64,000 nt of DNA from an archaeon GW2011_AR15 (GTDB lineage: Archaea > Nanobdellota > Nanobdellia > Woesearchaeales > GW2011-AR15), in contig CP010425.1 in NCBI GenBank assembly GCA_000830295.1, forward strand, positions 416,001 to 480,000, read 5' to 3'. Made by a program: the position numbers and the translations under genes. Of this stretch, positions 19,617 to 27,718 are shown piece by piece (the stretch's first letter is position 1; every line of letters starts with the position of its first letter). The notes beneath the pieces were generated by a model. It ran no database searches, had not been told where the DNA came from, and saw only the letters and a program-made list of their open reading frames with translations.

Positions 19617-20597
19617 TTATATTCCCTGCATCTCGTGCAGGCTTATTTTTTCTATTGTCGGAAGAGACTGCTTCTTGTTGGACCTTACTGCCAGCTGCAT
19701 GACCACAAGGCGCTTCTTTGCCCCTGCAACCCCGCCCTTGACTAAGGCTGCTGCGGTCTTCACATTGCCGTATCTTATTATGCCGCCCTTGAATTTTATC
19801 TCCTCGGGCTTTACTATTTTGAATAGCTGCTTGTTGTATTCTGTCCTCTGGTGGTAGCCCATCTTTCCTGCATGCGCGACCCTCCACATTACCTGGCCCT
19901 GGCCTCTCCATGCTCCCAGTGATCCCGGGTTCCTTATGGATTTCTCGGACTTGGCCTGCCTTATGTGGATGCCGAACCTCTTTAGCGGGCCCTGGAACCC
20001 TTTCCCTTTTGTGAATGATTTCAGGTCCAGCATGGTGCCGTCTGCAAATACAGAATCTATTGATATCTCCTTTCCTATGTTGCTTTTTACAAATTCAATC
20101 TTGTCTTTCACTTCAGTGCCGCCTATGCCGATTTCCGCCATGTCGGGCATTTTCTTTCCTATGCCTGTTGCTGCAGGCTGTGAATATACTAACACCCTTG
20201 CATCGTCGTATTCCTCAGGGTTGATTTTCTCCAAAGTGTGCGCTTTCTTTGGCAGGCTCATTCTTTTCTCCAGATTCTTGTCTTTTGACGCCAGGATTAT
20301 TTCTGTCTTCAGCTTCAGGTCTACGCCGTCTTTCTTGTATAGTCTCAGAGAAGCAATCTTTACAGGGGGGCACTCGATTATTGTCACAGGGAATGAGACT
20401 TCCTGTCCTTTAAGGTGGGAATGCTTGCTGGTCTCTGTTGTCTGGACATGCGTCATACCTGCCTTGTATCCTAAGAAGCCTGTCAGCTTTACATCCTTTG
20501 ATTCTGCATAGGACCTGATCCTCGGAGTGCTTCTCTTAGACCTGACTCTAGGCCAGAACTGCATTGACCCTGCTCTTGGTTTTCTTACTGTTGGCAT
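19617..20597 (-). CDS. rpl3: 50S ribosomal protein uL3
   Basis: PRAGSMQFWPR, GYKAGMTH, TKGKGFQG, GYHQRTEYNK. Confidence 0.98.
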   Translation of the reverse strand: MPTVRKPRAGSMQFWPRVRSKRSTPRIRSYAESKDVKLTGFLGYKAGMTHVQTTETSKHSHLKGQEVSFPVTIIECPPVKIASLRLYKKDGVDLKLKTEIILASKDKNLEKRMSLPKKAHTLEKINPEEYDDARVLVYSQPAATGIGKKMPDMAEIGIGGTEVKDKIEFVKSNIGKEISIDSVFADGTMLDLKSFTKGKGFQGPLKRFGIHIRQAKSEKSIRNPGSLGAWRGQGQVMWRVAHAGKMGYHQRTEYNKQLFKIVKPEEIKFKGGIIRYGNVKTAAALVKGGVAGAKKRLVVMQLAVRSNKKQSLPTIEKISLHEMQGI

Positions 20598-20745
20598 TTC
20601 TAATATCCCTTATTTTTCTTCAAACAGACCTATTCTTGGCTTCTCCTCAGAAACACTCTGAGCAGCCTTTTCAGGTCGCATTAAGCATGTGAAGTGCGTG
20701 CTTAGTATAACTTCGGAATTATAAGTGGTTTATAAATGTTGTGGA
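20598..20745 (-). promoter_or_regulatory. rpl3 operon promoter and structured ~110-nt 5' leader
   Basis: TTTATAAA at 20729-20736. Nested stems GACCT/AGGTC, GGCT/AGCC and CTCAGA/TCTGAG (20627-20677), plus a second hairpin at 20682-20704. Confidence 0.55.
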
Positions 20746-20819
20746 TGGAGGAGTTTTGCCTTAAAAGTCTACAATAAGTAAGACTTATTAGGCAGATTTC
20801 ACACTTATTGGGCAAAAAA

Positions 20820-21155
20820 TTATTTATCAAAAACTGATTTAAGCTTGTTCTCAATAACAATTTTAGTATCTCCTTGCGTAATTATAACATTATTATTTAT
20901 TATTATCTCAATTGGTTTCTTAGTTTTTGACTTTGTTTTTTCAAAGAATCGAATAATATAATGTGCTACTAACTCACTAGCTACACCAACACCAATAACA
21001 AAAATCAGATTAGTAGCTACTTCTTTAAATTTAAGGAAGCTTTCTTGAATTCTACCATAAACACGTAAATTTTCTATTGAGTTAAGGTTTTCAACTAATT
21101 CACTTACTCCAAAATCATCTACCCCCCCAATCCTAACGTCTATTTCTCCAATCAT
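20820..21155 (-). CDS. Hypothetical protein with one hydrophobic segment
   Basis: 111-aa ORF co-oriented directly downstream of the MTase-Mrr gene. Confidence 0.6.
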   Translation of the reverse strand: MIGEIDVRIGGVDDFGVSELVENLNSIENLRVYGRIQESFLKFKEVATNLIFVIGVGVASELVAHYIIRFFEKTKSKTKKPIEIIINNNVIITQGDTKIVIENKLKSVFDK

Positions 21156-21188
21156 TTTCAAATGCTTTTAATTTATATCAAAAATAAT

Positions 21189-22394
21189 TTATTCTTCTAC
21201 TTTTCCATCTATTAACTCCTGGACTGTCCTTAGAATAATAGTAATTCCTTTTTGATTTTTAACTCTAGCTACTTCTTCATATGCTCCCTTTGCAAATGAA
21301 AAAGCGACTATATATCCTTTCTTTTTATGGACTCTGTCCATAGCTGGTTGAAAATTATCTATAACATTCCGTCCTACACCTTCGCTTTGTTTAACCTGTA
21401 TAGGATAACCTCCAGATATTTGAGGAGTAACCCCATCTATTCCCATATCTCCTGATTTTGTTCCACTAACATTGCCAAGAAATTTATCAACAACAACCCA
21501 ATTTTGAAAATCAAAGGGGTTTAACTTCTGAACATATTTTAAATCTACTTTCCCTTTGATAATTTGTGGGCTTACTCCCAAATCTTGCCTTAATCTTCTT
21601 GCCATAACTTTACAGGCAGTGGGACTTATATCAATACCAATCCACCTTCTTTTAAGTTTTTGAGATACAACTAAAGTGGTTCCACAACCACAAAAAGGGT
21701 CTAAAACTATACTACCTTCATTTGAAGAGGCTTTAATTATTCTTTTTAATAATGGTTCTGGTTTTTGCGTTGGAAACATTTGTTTTATTGGTGGAACTCT
21801 ACCAATATCCCATACATCATCCATTGGAACCCCCTCAGAGTCTTCTTTTGACATTTTGGCAGGAATTCTTTTACCATTATCATCATAACCTGAAATTATT
21901 TTTGCATTTCCAAATCGCTTTAAGGTTGATTCTGACCTTTCCATAAACATCTTATTGAATACCCTTTTGTCATTATCTGTCTTTGAATAGAATAAGAGGA
22001 CATCATGATTTCGTTGAAATTGTTGCCATCCTCCCGACCATTTTCTATAATGCCATATTATCTCATTTCTAAAATTATTTTCTCCAAAAATATTATCCAT
22101 TAATATTCTTAGATGTGCGTCGGCGTGCCAATCACAATGCAAATATATACTACCTGTTTTTTTAAGGATTCTATTACATTCCCTTAATCTTGGCTCCATC
22201 CATGTTATATAGTGCTCTATTCCCCCTTGCCATCGGTCTTGAAATGCTCTAAGTTCAGCACCATCTTTCCATATAACTTCATAATGTCTATTAGAGAAGA
22301 AAGGTGGGTCTAAATAAATTAAGTCAACGCTTTCACTTGGAAATTTGCTTAATATCTCTAAGTTATCTCCTTCATAAATAGCATTTACTTCCAT
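21189..22394 (-). CDS. Beta-class N4/N6 DNA methyltransferase fused to an Mrr-like endonuclease domain
   Basis: DPPF, PTQKP and DPFCGCGTT motifs; C-terminal FQNWVV..GDMGIDG..IQVKQ; ATG 22394. Confidence 0.88.
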   Translation of the reverse strand: MEVNAIYEGDNLEILSKFPSESVDLIYLDPPFFSNRHYEVIWKDGAELRAFQDRWQGGIEHYITWMEPRLRECNRILKKTGSIYLHCDWHADAHLRILMDNIFGENNFRNEIIWHYRKWSGGWQQFQRNHDVLLFYSKTDNDKRVFNKMFMERSESTLKRFGNAKIISGYDDNGKRIPAKMSKEDSEGVPMDDVWDIGRVPPIKQMFPTQKPEPLLKRIIKASSNEGSIVLDPFCGCGTTLVVSQKLKRRWIGIDISPTACKVMARRLRQDLGVSPQIIKGKVDLKYVQKLNPFDFQNWVVVDKFLGNVSGTKSGDMGIDGVTPQISGGYPIQVKQSEGVGRNVIDNFQPAMDRVHKKKGYIVAFSFAKGAYEEVARVKNQKGITIILRTVQELIDGKVEE

Positions 22395-22482
22395 TAATGT
22401 ATTCGTTATCGTCTTAGTTATATAAATTTTTTCAAAAATGAACGGGAGCAACACAAAATTTATATTAAATTCCTACTAGATT

Positions 22483-23385
22483 ATGTTCAAAATAAAGAAA
22501 ATGGAAGAAATTATCTCACAATTGCCCAAATCTAGAGTGAAAATAGTCTCAAAAAATAAAACTTCTCATGTTTTGGTTAATGGAAATTCACTAAAATTAA
22601 TGAAAAATATGCCGGAGGAAAGTATACACTTGATAATAACGGACCCTCCATATAACATTGGATTGGATTATGGAGATGAGTATAATGACAATAAGTCTAA
22701 AAAGGAATATTACCGGTGGTGTGAGGAATGGTTAACTGAATGCGCAAGAATTCTACATAAGGAGGGAAGTTTTTATCTGATCAGTTACCCTGAGATAAAT
22801 GCCAGATTACTACCATTTATTGAAGATAATTTAAAATTAAATTTTCAGAGATGGATAACTTGGCATTATCCAACCAATATTGGACACTCAAACAAGAATT
22901 ACACAAGAAGTCATAGGTCAATACTATTTTTTACAAAATCAAGAAAATATGTTTTTAACAGAGAAAAGGTGTTACAGGCCTATAAAAATCCTGAGGTTGG
23001 TAAAATCAAAGATAAAATCAGAGAGGGTTCTATAGGAAGGGCCGCATATGATTATCTTGAGAACAAAGATGTTCTAGAAATGCAGGAATTAGAGAAACTG
23101 CAGGAAAGATATTATGATATTCAAAAGATAAATCTCCTAAAAAATGTATCAAAAGATAGGGTTGGATCACTAAAAAAAGGAGACAAGGACCACCATCCAT
23201 GCCAATTACCATTACCACTATTGGAGAGGCTTGTTAAGGTTAGCAGCAAAGAAAAACAAATTTTATTTGACCCATTTGCTGGAACATTTACACTCGCAAA
23301 AATTGCTTCTGATTTAGAAAGAAATTCAATAGGGATAGAGCAAAACCGATATTTTGTGAAGCTGGGAAGAGAGAGATTAGAATGA
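22483..23385 (+). CDS. Beta-class N4/N6 DNA methyltransferase
   Basis: TDPPYN, HPCQLP, DPFAGT, SIGIE motifs. Confidence 0.9.
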   Translation: MFKIKKMEEIISQLPKSRVKIVSKNKTSHVLVNGNSLKLMKNMPEESIHLIITDPPYNIGLDYGDEYNDNKSKKEYYRWCEEWLTECARILHKEGSFYLISYPEINARLLPFIEDNLKLNFQRWITWHYPTNIGHSNKNYTRSHRSILFFTKSRKYVFNREKVLQAYKNPEVGKIKDKIREGSIGRAAYDYLENKDVLEMQELEKLQERYYDIQKINLLKNVSKDRVGSLKKGDKDHHPCQLPLPLLERLVKVSSKEKQILFDPFAGTFTLAKIASDLERNSIGIEQNRYFVKLGRERLE

Positions 23386-25148
23386 AACAAAAATATTCAG
23401 CTAATGATGAGTTAAAAACCTTTGCTCAAAATCTTGGATTTAAAATATTTTTATTTGATGATATTATTACACTTGGCCCAGAAATTAAACTTAGAGAACA
23501 AAGCAAAAGCTGTGAAATAGATGCTATTTTGATATATGAGAATTTAATTATTTTAGTTGGTATAACTAAAGGGGATTCTACAGGAACGAAAAAAGAAATA
23601 AACAAGTTTTTTGAAAGATTGGATAAAGTATATTATACAAAAGATATGAAGTTAAATTTAGAAATAAACACTTCAAATAAAGAGGCAATTAAAAAAAATA
23701 TAATTAAGGCGAATATTTTGTATGAAGAACTTGAAAAAAATATTAAAGAAATTGAAAAAAATTATGAGCCAAAATTAACTAAGCTTTTTTTCTGCCCGAG
23801 ACATAGTCTAGATGAATTAAAATTAAGAGATAGAAGCTCCTCTGGTGAATATATTATAGACAAAGATGTGAATGGGTATTTTATTGCGGTTGTAGACAGG
23901 TTAAACACAAAAGTTCTTTTTAATGATTTTATGTATTTTTTAAATATAAAAAAAGTGGATTTGGAAAAAAAATCACCATCCAAAACAAAGAAACCCGGAA
24001 AAACATCACCTTACAGTCATGTAAGCAGGATGGAACTTGAGAAAGATAAAAGTATAATGTATTCATTTGCGGTTAAAGTAGAAGAAATAGTAGATTTTAT
24101 CACTGTTCTAAGAGTATCACAAAAATATAATAAGAAAGGGTTCCAAAGGATGATAAAGAAGAAAAGATTAGATAAAATTAATGATGGGTACCTAAATGAA
24201 AATGAAACATTTCCAAATAATGTTATTTTGACTCTAAACCCAAAAATATACCTAAATGAAAATGAGTTCTATGATAGAAATGAAAATGAGTTTAGATTTC
24301 TCGATGAGTTTAATTCATTGTATGTGATTGATGGTCAGCATAGAATTTTTTCCTTTATTAAAGGGGAAAAATTGGATAGGCCTGTGTTAATTTCTTTAAT
24401 TTTCTTTAAAACTGGAAATGATGATGAGAAAGCACTCAGTATGGATAGAATGTTTTATGAAATAAATAAAAAACAAGAAAAAATTGATCCGAATTTAAGT
24501 TTCATTCTTAAGGCGAGGATTGATCAAGATTCCAATGAAAATTTCTGGTATGGTGTGTTTGATAAGTTAAAAGAAGATATATTGGGCAATTCTTATTCTT
24601 TTAAAGAAACAACAATTAGAGATAAAGAGAAAAAAAGTATAGTGAGCCTAATAACGTACGGTGGTGTATTCGCACTAAATGATACAAAAAAGAAAAAAGG
24701 AATAGAGCTGTTTGGTCTCAAAAAATTTTATTCAGAAGAAAAACAAAAGAATATAGAGTTTGTTATTTGTTTTTTAAACAATTATTTCAAAATTATAGCT
24801 AAAGTTCTGAATAAACAAAATATAGATGAAAAAAAATTAACTGTAAGAGATATAGGTGCACTTTTGAGATTAATTAAACATTTCTTATTGTCTAAAAAAG
24901 AAGAATTAAAACTTTTAGGAGAAGTTAAAAATATAATAAAAAATGAAGAAAATAAAGATCTTATCAACTATTTAGAAAAAATATTGAACTATATACCATT
25001 CAAGGAGGTAGTAATGTTAGAGTATGGGTCAAGTAAGTGGGCAGCAATAGAAGGATATATGCTTAAAAAAATTAATGATATTGATCAACGTTTTGGCAAT
25101 AAAATTTTGCTCTCAAAAAAAGGACTTGAAGTATATAACCAAATATAA
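23382..25148 (+). CDS. DGQHR domain protein (DndB/ParB-like) with a degenerate N-terminal PD-(D/E)xK-like region
   Basis: GFQRMI, FPNNVIL, VIDGQHR and FYEINKKQ motifs; ATGA overlap with the upstream MTase. Confidence 0.88.
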   Translation: MKQKYSANDELKTFAQNLGFKIFLFDDIITLGPEIKLREQSKSCEIDAILIYENLIILVGITKGDSTGTKKEINKFFERLDKVYYTKDMKLNLEINTSNKEAIKKNIIKANILYEELEKNIKEIEKNYEPKLTKLFFCPRHSLDELKLRDRSSSGEYIIDKDVNGYFIAVVDRLNTKVLFNDFMYFLNIKKVDLEKKSPSKTKKPGKTSPYSHVSRMELEKDKSIMYSFAVKVEEIVDFITVLRVSQKYNKKGFQRMIKKKRLDKINDGYLNENETFPNNVILTLNPKIYLNENEFYDRNENEFRFLDEFNSLYVIDGQHRIFSFIKGEKLDRPVLISLIFFKTGNDDEKALSMDRMFYEINKKQEKIDPNLSFILKARIDQDSNENFWYGVFDKLKEDILGNSYSFKETTIRDKEKKSIVSLITYGGVFALNDTKKKKGIELFGLKKFYSEEKQKNIEFVICFLNNYFKIIAKVLNKQNIDEKKLTVRDIGALLRLIKHFLLSKKEELKLLGEVKNIIKNEENKDLINYLEKILNYIPFKEVVMLEYGSSKWAAIEGYMLKKINDIDQRFGNKILLSKKGLEVYNQI

Positions 25149-25220
25149 ACTAGATAATTATTTCTTTTTTATTAGGAGAGTCTTCAACCCCACAACATCT
25201 ACATCCACAACCAAAAACCT

Positions 25221-25646
25221 CTATCTCCGGATTAATCCCTCCAGAACATCAATACTATGCCTAAACTCCGGCTCATTCTGCTCAAGGTAAGAAGGCTCTA
25301 CAAATATGCCGTCATAATTGATCCTGTTTCTTATGTTTTTCAGCTGATGAACTGTAAATGACTCATACTCATATTCCGGATATGTTTCTTTAAAGAAAGA
25401 TATCAGGCACTCGTGATTGCCGGATTTAAGGCCGTTTTTCAATAATAGAGCTGTCAGCAATTCTCTTATTGTTTCATAATACATAACAGCAATTATCGAC
25501 GATGTCTCCCTGTCTTTTTTGATCTGCTGTATTGACTTAACCCTGGCCTTTGAAACTTTTAATATAGATATAATTTTGTCTTTATCAGGTTCCACTTTCT
25601 TAAGAAATTCCTTTTTGCACCTTTCATAGTGTATGATTTCCCTCAT
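25221..25646 (-). CDS. HEPN domain protein (putative toxin)
   Basis: YYE.IRELLTALL..G.K..NHECL and RNRINYDG; overlaps the MNT gene. Confidence 0.7.
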   Translation of the reverse strand: MREIIHYERCKKEFLKKVEPDKDKIISILKVSKARVKSIQQIKKDRETSSIIAVMYYETIRELLTALLLKNGLKSGNHECLISFFKETYPEYEYESFTVHQLKNIRNRINYDGIFVEPSYLEQNEPEFRHSIDVLEGLIRR

Positions 25647-26140
25647 AACCTACCGTATAAAGGTATGCCGTTGATAATATTGTTTCTTAGTTCCTCGGAC
25701 AGTTTCCGGAAATCCGGCTCAAAGAACAAGTTAACCCTGTGGTTAAGTGCTCTCTCAAACTTTCCTAAATTAACTTCTTTTTCGTTTGCCATGATATACA
25801 GATCAATGTCGCTCTCTTTGTCATATTCCCCTTTTGCCACGCTGCCGAATAAGACTATTGCTTTGGGGTATATGCTCTCTGCAAGGGCCTGTATCAACCC
25901 TGAGCTGTAAATCTTTTCTATAAGAAAATGCTTTTTATACACCTTATACAGCATATTTTCGGTGGCAGCCACATATTTATCATACGGCTCGTCTTTTTTC
26001 CTTATTACTATCCCCTGCTTTACCAGCTCTTTTAATTTGCCTGAAGCGGTTGTTTTGGGCGTTTTAGTTAATCTTGCAACTTGCCTCAGGTAGAATTCTT
26101 TTCCCGGGTTTTCATAGAATAGTTCTGCTAACTGTCCCAT
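25643..26140 (-). CDS. HTH + minimal nucleotidyltransferase (MNT antitoxin)
   Basis: N-terminal wHTH (YLRQVAR...LKELVKQGIV); FGSVAKGEYDKESDIDL is a GSX10DXD motif. Confidence 0.9.
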   Translation of the reverse strand: MGQLAELFYENPGKEFYLRQVARLTKTPKTTASGKLKELVKQGIVIRKKDEPYDKYVAATENMLYKVYKKHFLIEKIYSSGLIQALAESIYPKAIVLFGSVAKGEYDKESDIDLYIMANEKEVNLGKFERALNHRVNLFFEPDFRKLSEELRNNIINGIPLYGRL

Positions 26141-26180
26141 TTTTAGTACATTTGTCCCATAGTTGGGACATATATTTAAA
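26133..26180 (-). promoter_or_regulatory. Tandem palindromic operators and TATA box of the MNT-HEPN operon
   Basis: TGTCCCA-N4-TGGGACA at 26153-26170, degenerate copy TGTCCCA-N4-TAGTACA at 26133-26150, TTTAAATA adjacent. Confidence 0.65.
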
Positions 26181-26400
26181 TGTTTGTAAAAAAATATCCT
26201 AAATTACTAAGATTATTGCAAAAACATATTATAAATACAAAGTTCTAAACTGTTTAAACCTCCTCTTTCCCTGTTCGTCCCGCAGGTTCTCATTTTTATC
26301 TAAAGAATACTCCTCTATCATCTTTCTATATTCAAACACATTCAAAAACATACATCAAATCCCAACAATCTTTAAATATCAGCCTATCCAATAAAATCAC

Positions 26401-26550
26401 ATGAAATGCCCACATTGTAATAAAATAATTGAATCTAAAGAAACTAAACTAGTTAAGAAAATATATGAATTAGCTATTCAAGGCAAAAAAGACGAGATAA
26501 ATGAAAAAATGGTTCCGCAATTGGAAGAATTAAAACTATCTGTTGAGTAG
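26401..26550 (+). CDS. Small hypothetical protein (49 aa, N-terminal CPHC)
   Basis: MKCPHCNKIIE...LSVE; TTTAAATA at 26371-26378, about 23 bp upstream, suggests a leaderless transcript. Confidence 0.45.
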   Translation: MKCPHCNKIIESKETKLVKKIYELAIQGKKDEINEKMVPQLEELKLSVE

Positions 26551-26575
26551 ATTCTACCCGACCAGCACCCTCTCC

Positions 26576-26944
26576 TTAGCCCCTAACAAACTCAACCCCG
26601 TCAACATTCTCAAAGTCTTTGTCGCCGGTAAGGAACTTCACGCCGTTCTTTACAGATAAAACATAACCCAATGCATCAACATAAGAGATATTACTGCCCT
26701 GCTTATGCTTAAAATAATTGGCATTGATTATATCTGTTTCACCAAATTCAATCATAAACCCTCTAAGTTCATTGAAAAACATCAGCGCATTTTCTTTCCC
26801 GAATTCTTTCATGGTTGAATAATGTAGCTCCATAAGATTGAGCAGCGTAGTAACAACTTTTGCATCCTTGTATTTTTCATAATTTTTAGAGCCTTTTATT
26901 ATCTCTATAAGGGCATACGTGTCGAAAAAATAAGCTTCGCTCAT
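26576..26944 (-). CDS. vapC: PIN domain toxin VapC
   Basis: FFDTYA, NLME, SYVDA and LTGDKDF motifs; ATG 26944. Confidence 0.9.
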   Translation of the reverse strand: MSEAYFFDTYALIEIIKGSKNYEKYKDAKVVTTLLNLMELHYSTMKEFGKENALMFFNELRGFMIEFGETDIINANYFKHKQGSNISYVDALGYVLSVKNGVKFLTGDKDFENVDGVEFVRG

Positions 26945-26986
26945 TTTTACGGACTCTCCGCTTTGCTGCGAGTGTCGAAAAAATAA
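26919..26986. repeat. 15-bp direct repeat GTGTCGAAAAAATAA flanking a 38-bp GC-rich hairpin insert
   Basis: Exact copies at 26919-26933 and 26972-26986. Confidence 0.85.
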
Positions 26987-26987
26987 A

Positions 26988-27212
26988 CTATTTCCATCCT
27001 TCATCTATATCATCCATTATTTCTTGTGTAGATTTATTCCAGCCCTTTCCTGACCCAAATAATCTCTCAAGAGACTTTCTGCTCTGTTTTTCATCTATTA
27101 TTATCATCTTCACTCTCCCTTTCAGATTATTCCTTTCCACTGTTTCTTTCCTTAATCTTATCCCAAATGAGTTGCCCCATCTCTTGACTTCTCCTTCAAT
27201 TTCAACTGACAT
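26988..27212 (-). CDS. vapB: AbrB/MazE-family antitoxin
   Basis: VKRWGNSFGIRL motif; directly upstream of the PIN gene. Confidence 0.85.
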   Translation of the reverse strand: MSVEIEGEVKRWGNSFGIRLRKETVERNNLKGRVKMIIIDEKQSRKSLERLFGSGKGWNKSTQEIMDDIDEGWK

Positions 27213-27215
27213 ATA

Positions 27216-27232
27216 ATTATACAATGTATAAT
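27216..27232. promoter_or_regulatory. Palindromic operator of the vapBC operon
   Basis: ATTATACA-A-TGTATAAT between the TATA box and the ATG. Confidence 0.55.
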
Positions 27233-27338
27233 AAATATTTAAAGTTATCGGGGATAGGATTTAAGACAGGAAAAAATTAATAAGTTTATGCAGGAATTTT
27301 CCGAAAATTATTTATATTCTCAACCCATATATTAAACA

Positions 27339-27695
27339 ATGGTCAAGACGACAAGACACCATCGTTCTGTCATGTTTCTCAATCTCGTTGCATTAGTAAT
27401 TGTCCTCTTGGGATTAATATTAACAAGCAGATTATCCCACCCGACAGCCCACCTGGTAAGGATAACAGAAGGCAACAGCTTAGATTCTAAATTATTGAAA
27501 ACAGAAGACAGCTCGGCAATCATCTTCGAGACAGAGGACCGCAACACAACAACATACATACTCTCAACTTACCTAAACCACAGGAAATCAAATTACAACT
27601 CATTTATCGCACTGGCATTTTTCATAGCTGTTTTAACTTTCATCTATTTCATGTCTAAATTATATGTTTCTTACAAATCAGAGAAAACTATATAA
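27339..27695 (+). CDS. Hypothetical membrane protein (2 TM)
   Basis: 118-aa ORF with N- and C-terminal hydrophobic helices. Confidence 0.55.
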   Translation: MVKTTRHHRSVMFLNLVALVIVLLGLILTSRLSHPTAHLVRITEGNSLDSKLLKTEDSSAIIFETEDRNTTTYILSTYLNHRKSNYNSFIALAFFIAVLTFIYFMSKLYVSYKSEKTI

Positions 27696-27718
27696 ACCAA
27701 CCAATCCAAATCAGTTAA

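Larger units (their letters stand above)
20738..27700. other. AT-rich accessory/defence island
   Basis: Abrupt compositional shift, strongest at 20760-25200; holds MTases, a DGQHR protein and two TA pairs between core loci; no integrase or transposase seen. Confidence 0.7.

Noticed and set aside
8518-20597. Many long plus-strand ORFs rich in Phe/Ser/Leu
   Set aside because: They are antisense shadows of Lys/Glu-rich ribosomal protein genes; the same applies to the shadows of mcm and pan
26229-26351. 40-aa minus-strand ORF MFLNVFEYRK...
   Set aside because: No recognisable motif or clear promoter; could be a remnant but cannot be supported
20738-27700. Transposon, provirus or complete Dnd/Dpd system
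   Set aside because: No transposase, integrase, viral, dndCDE or dpdA genes; the distant sufS belongs to the suf operon
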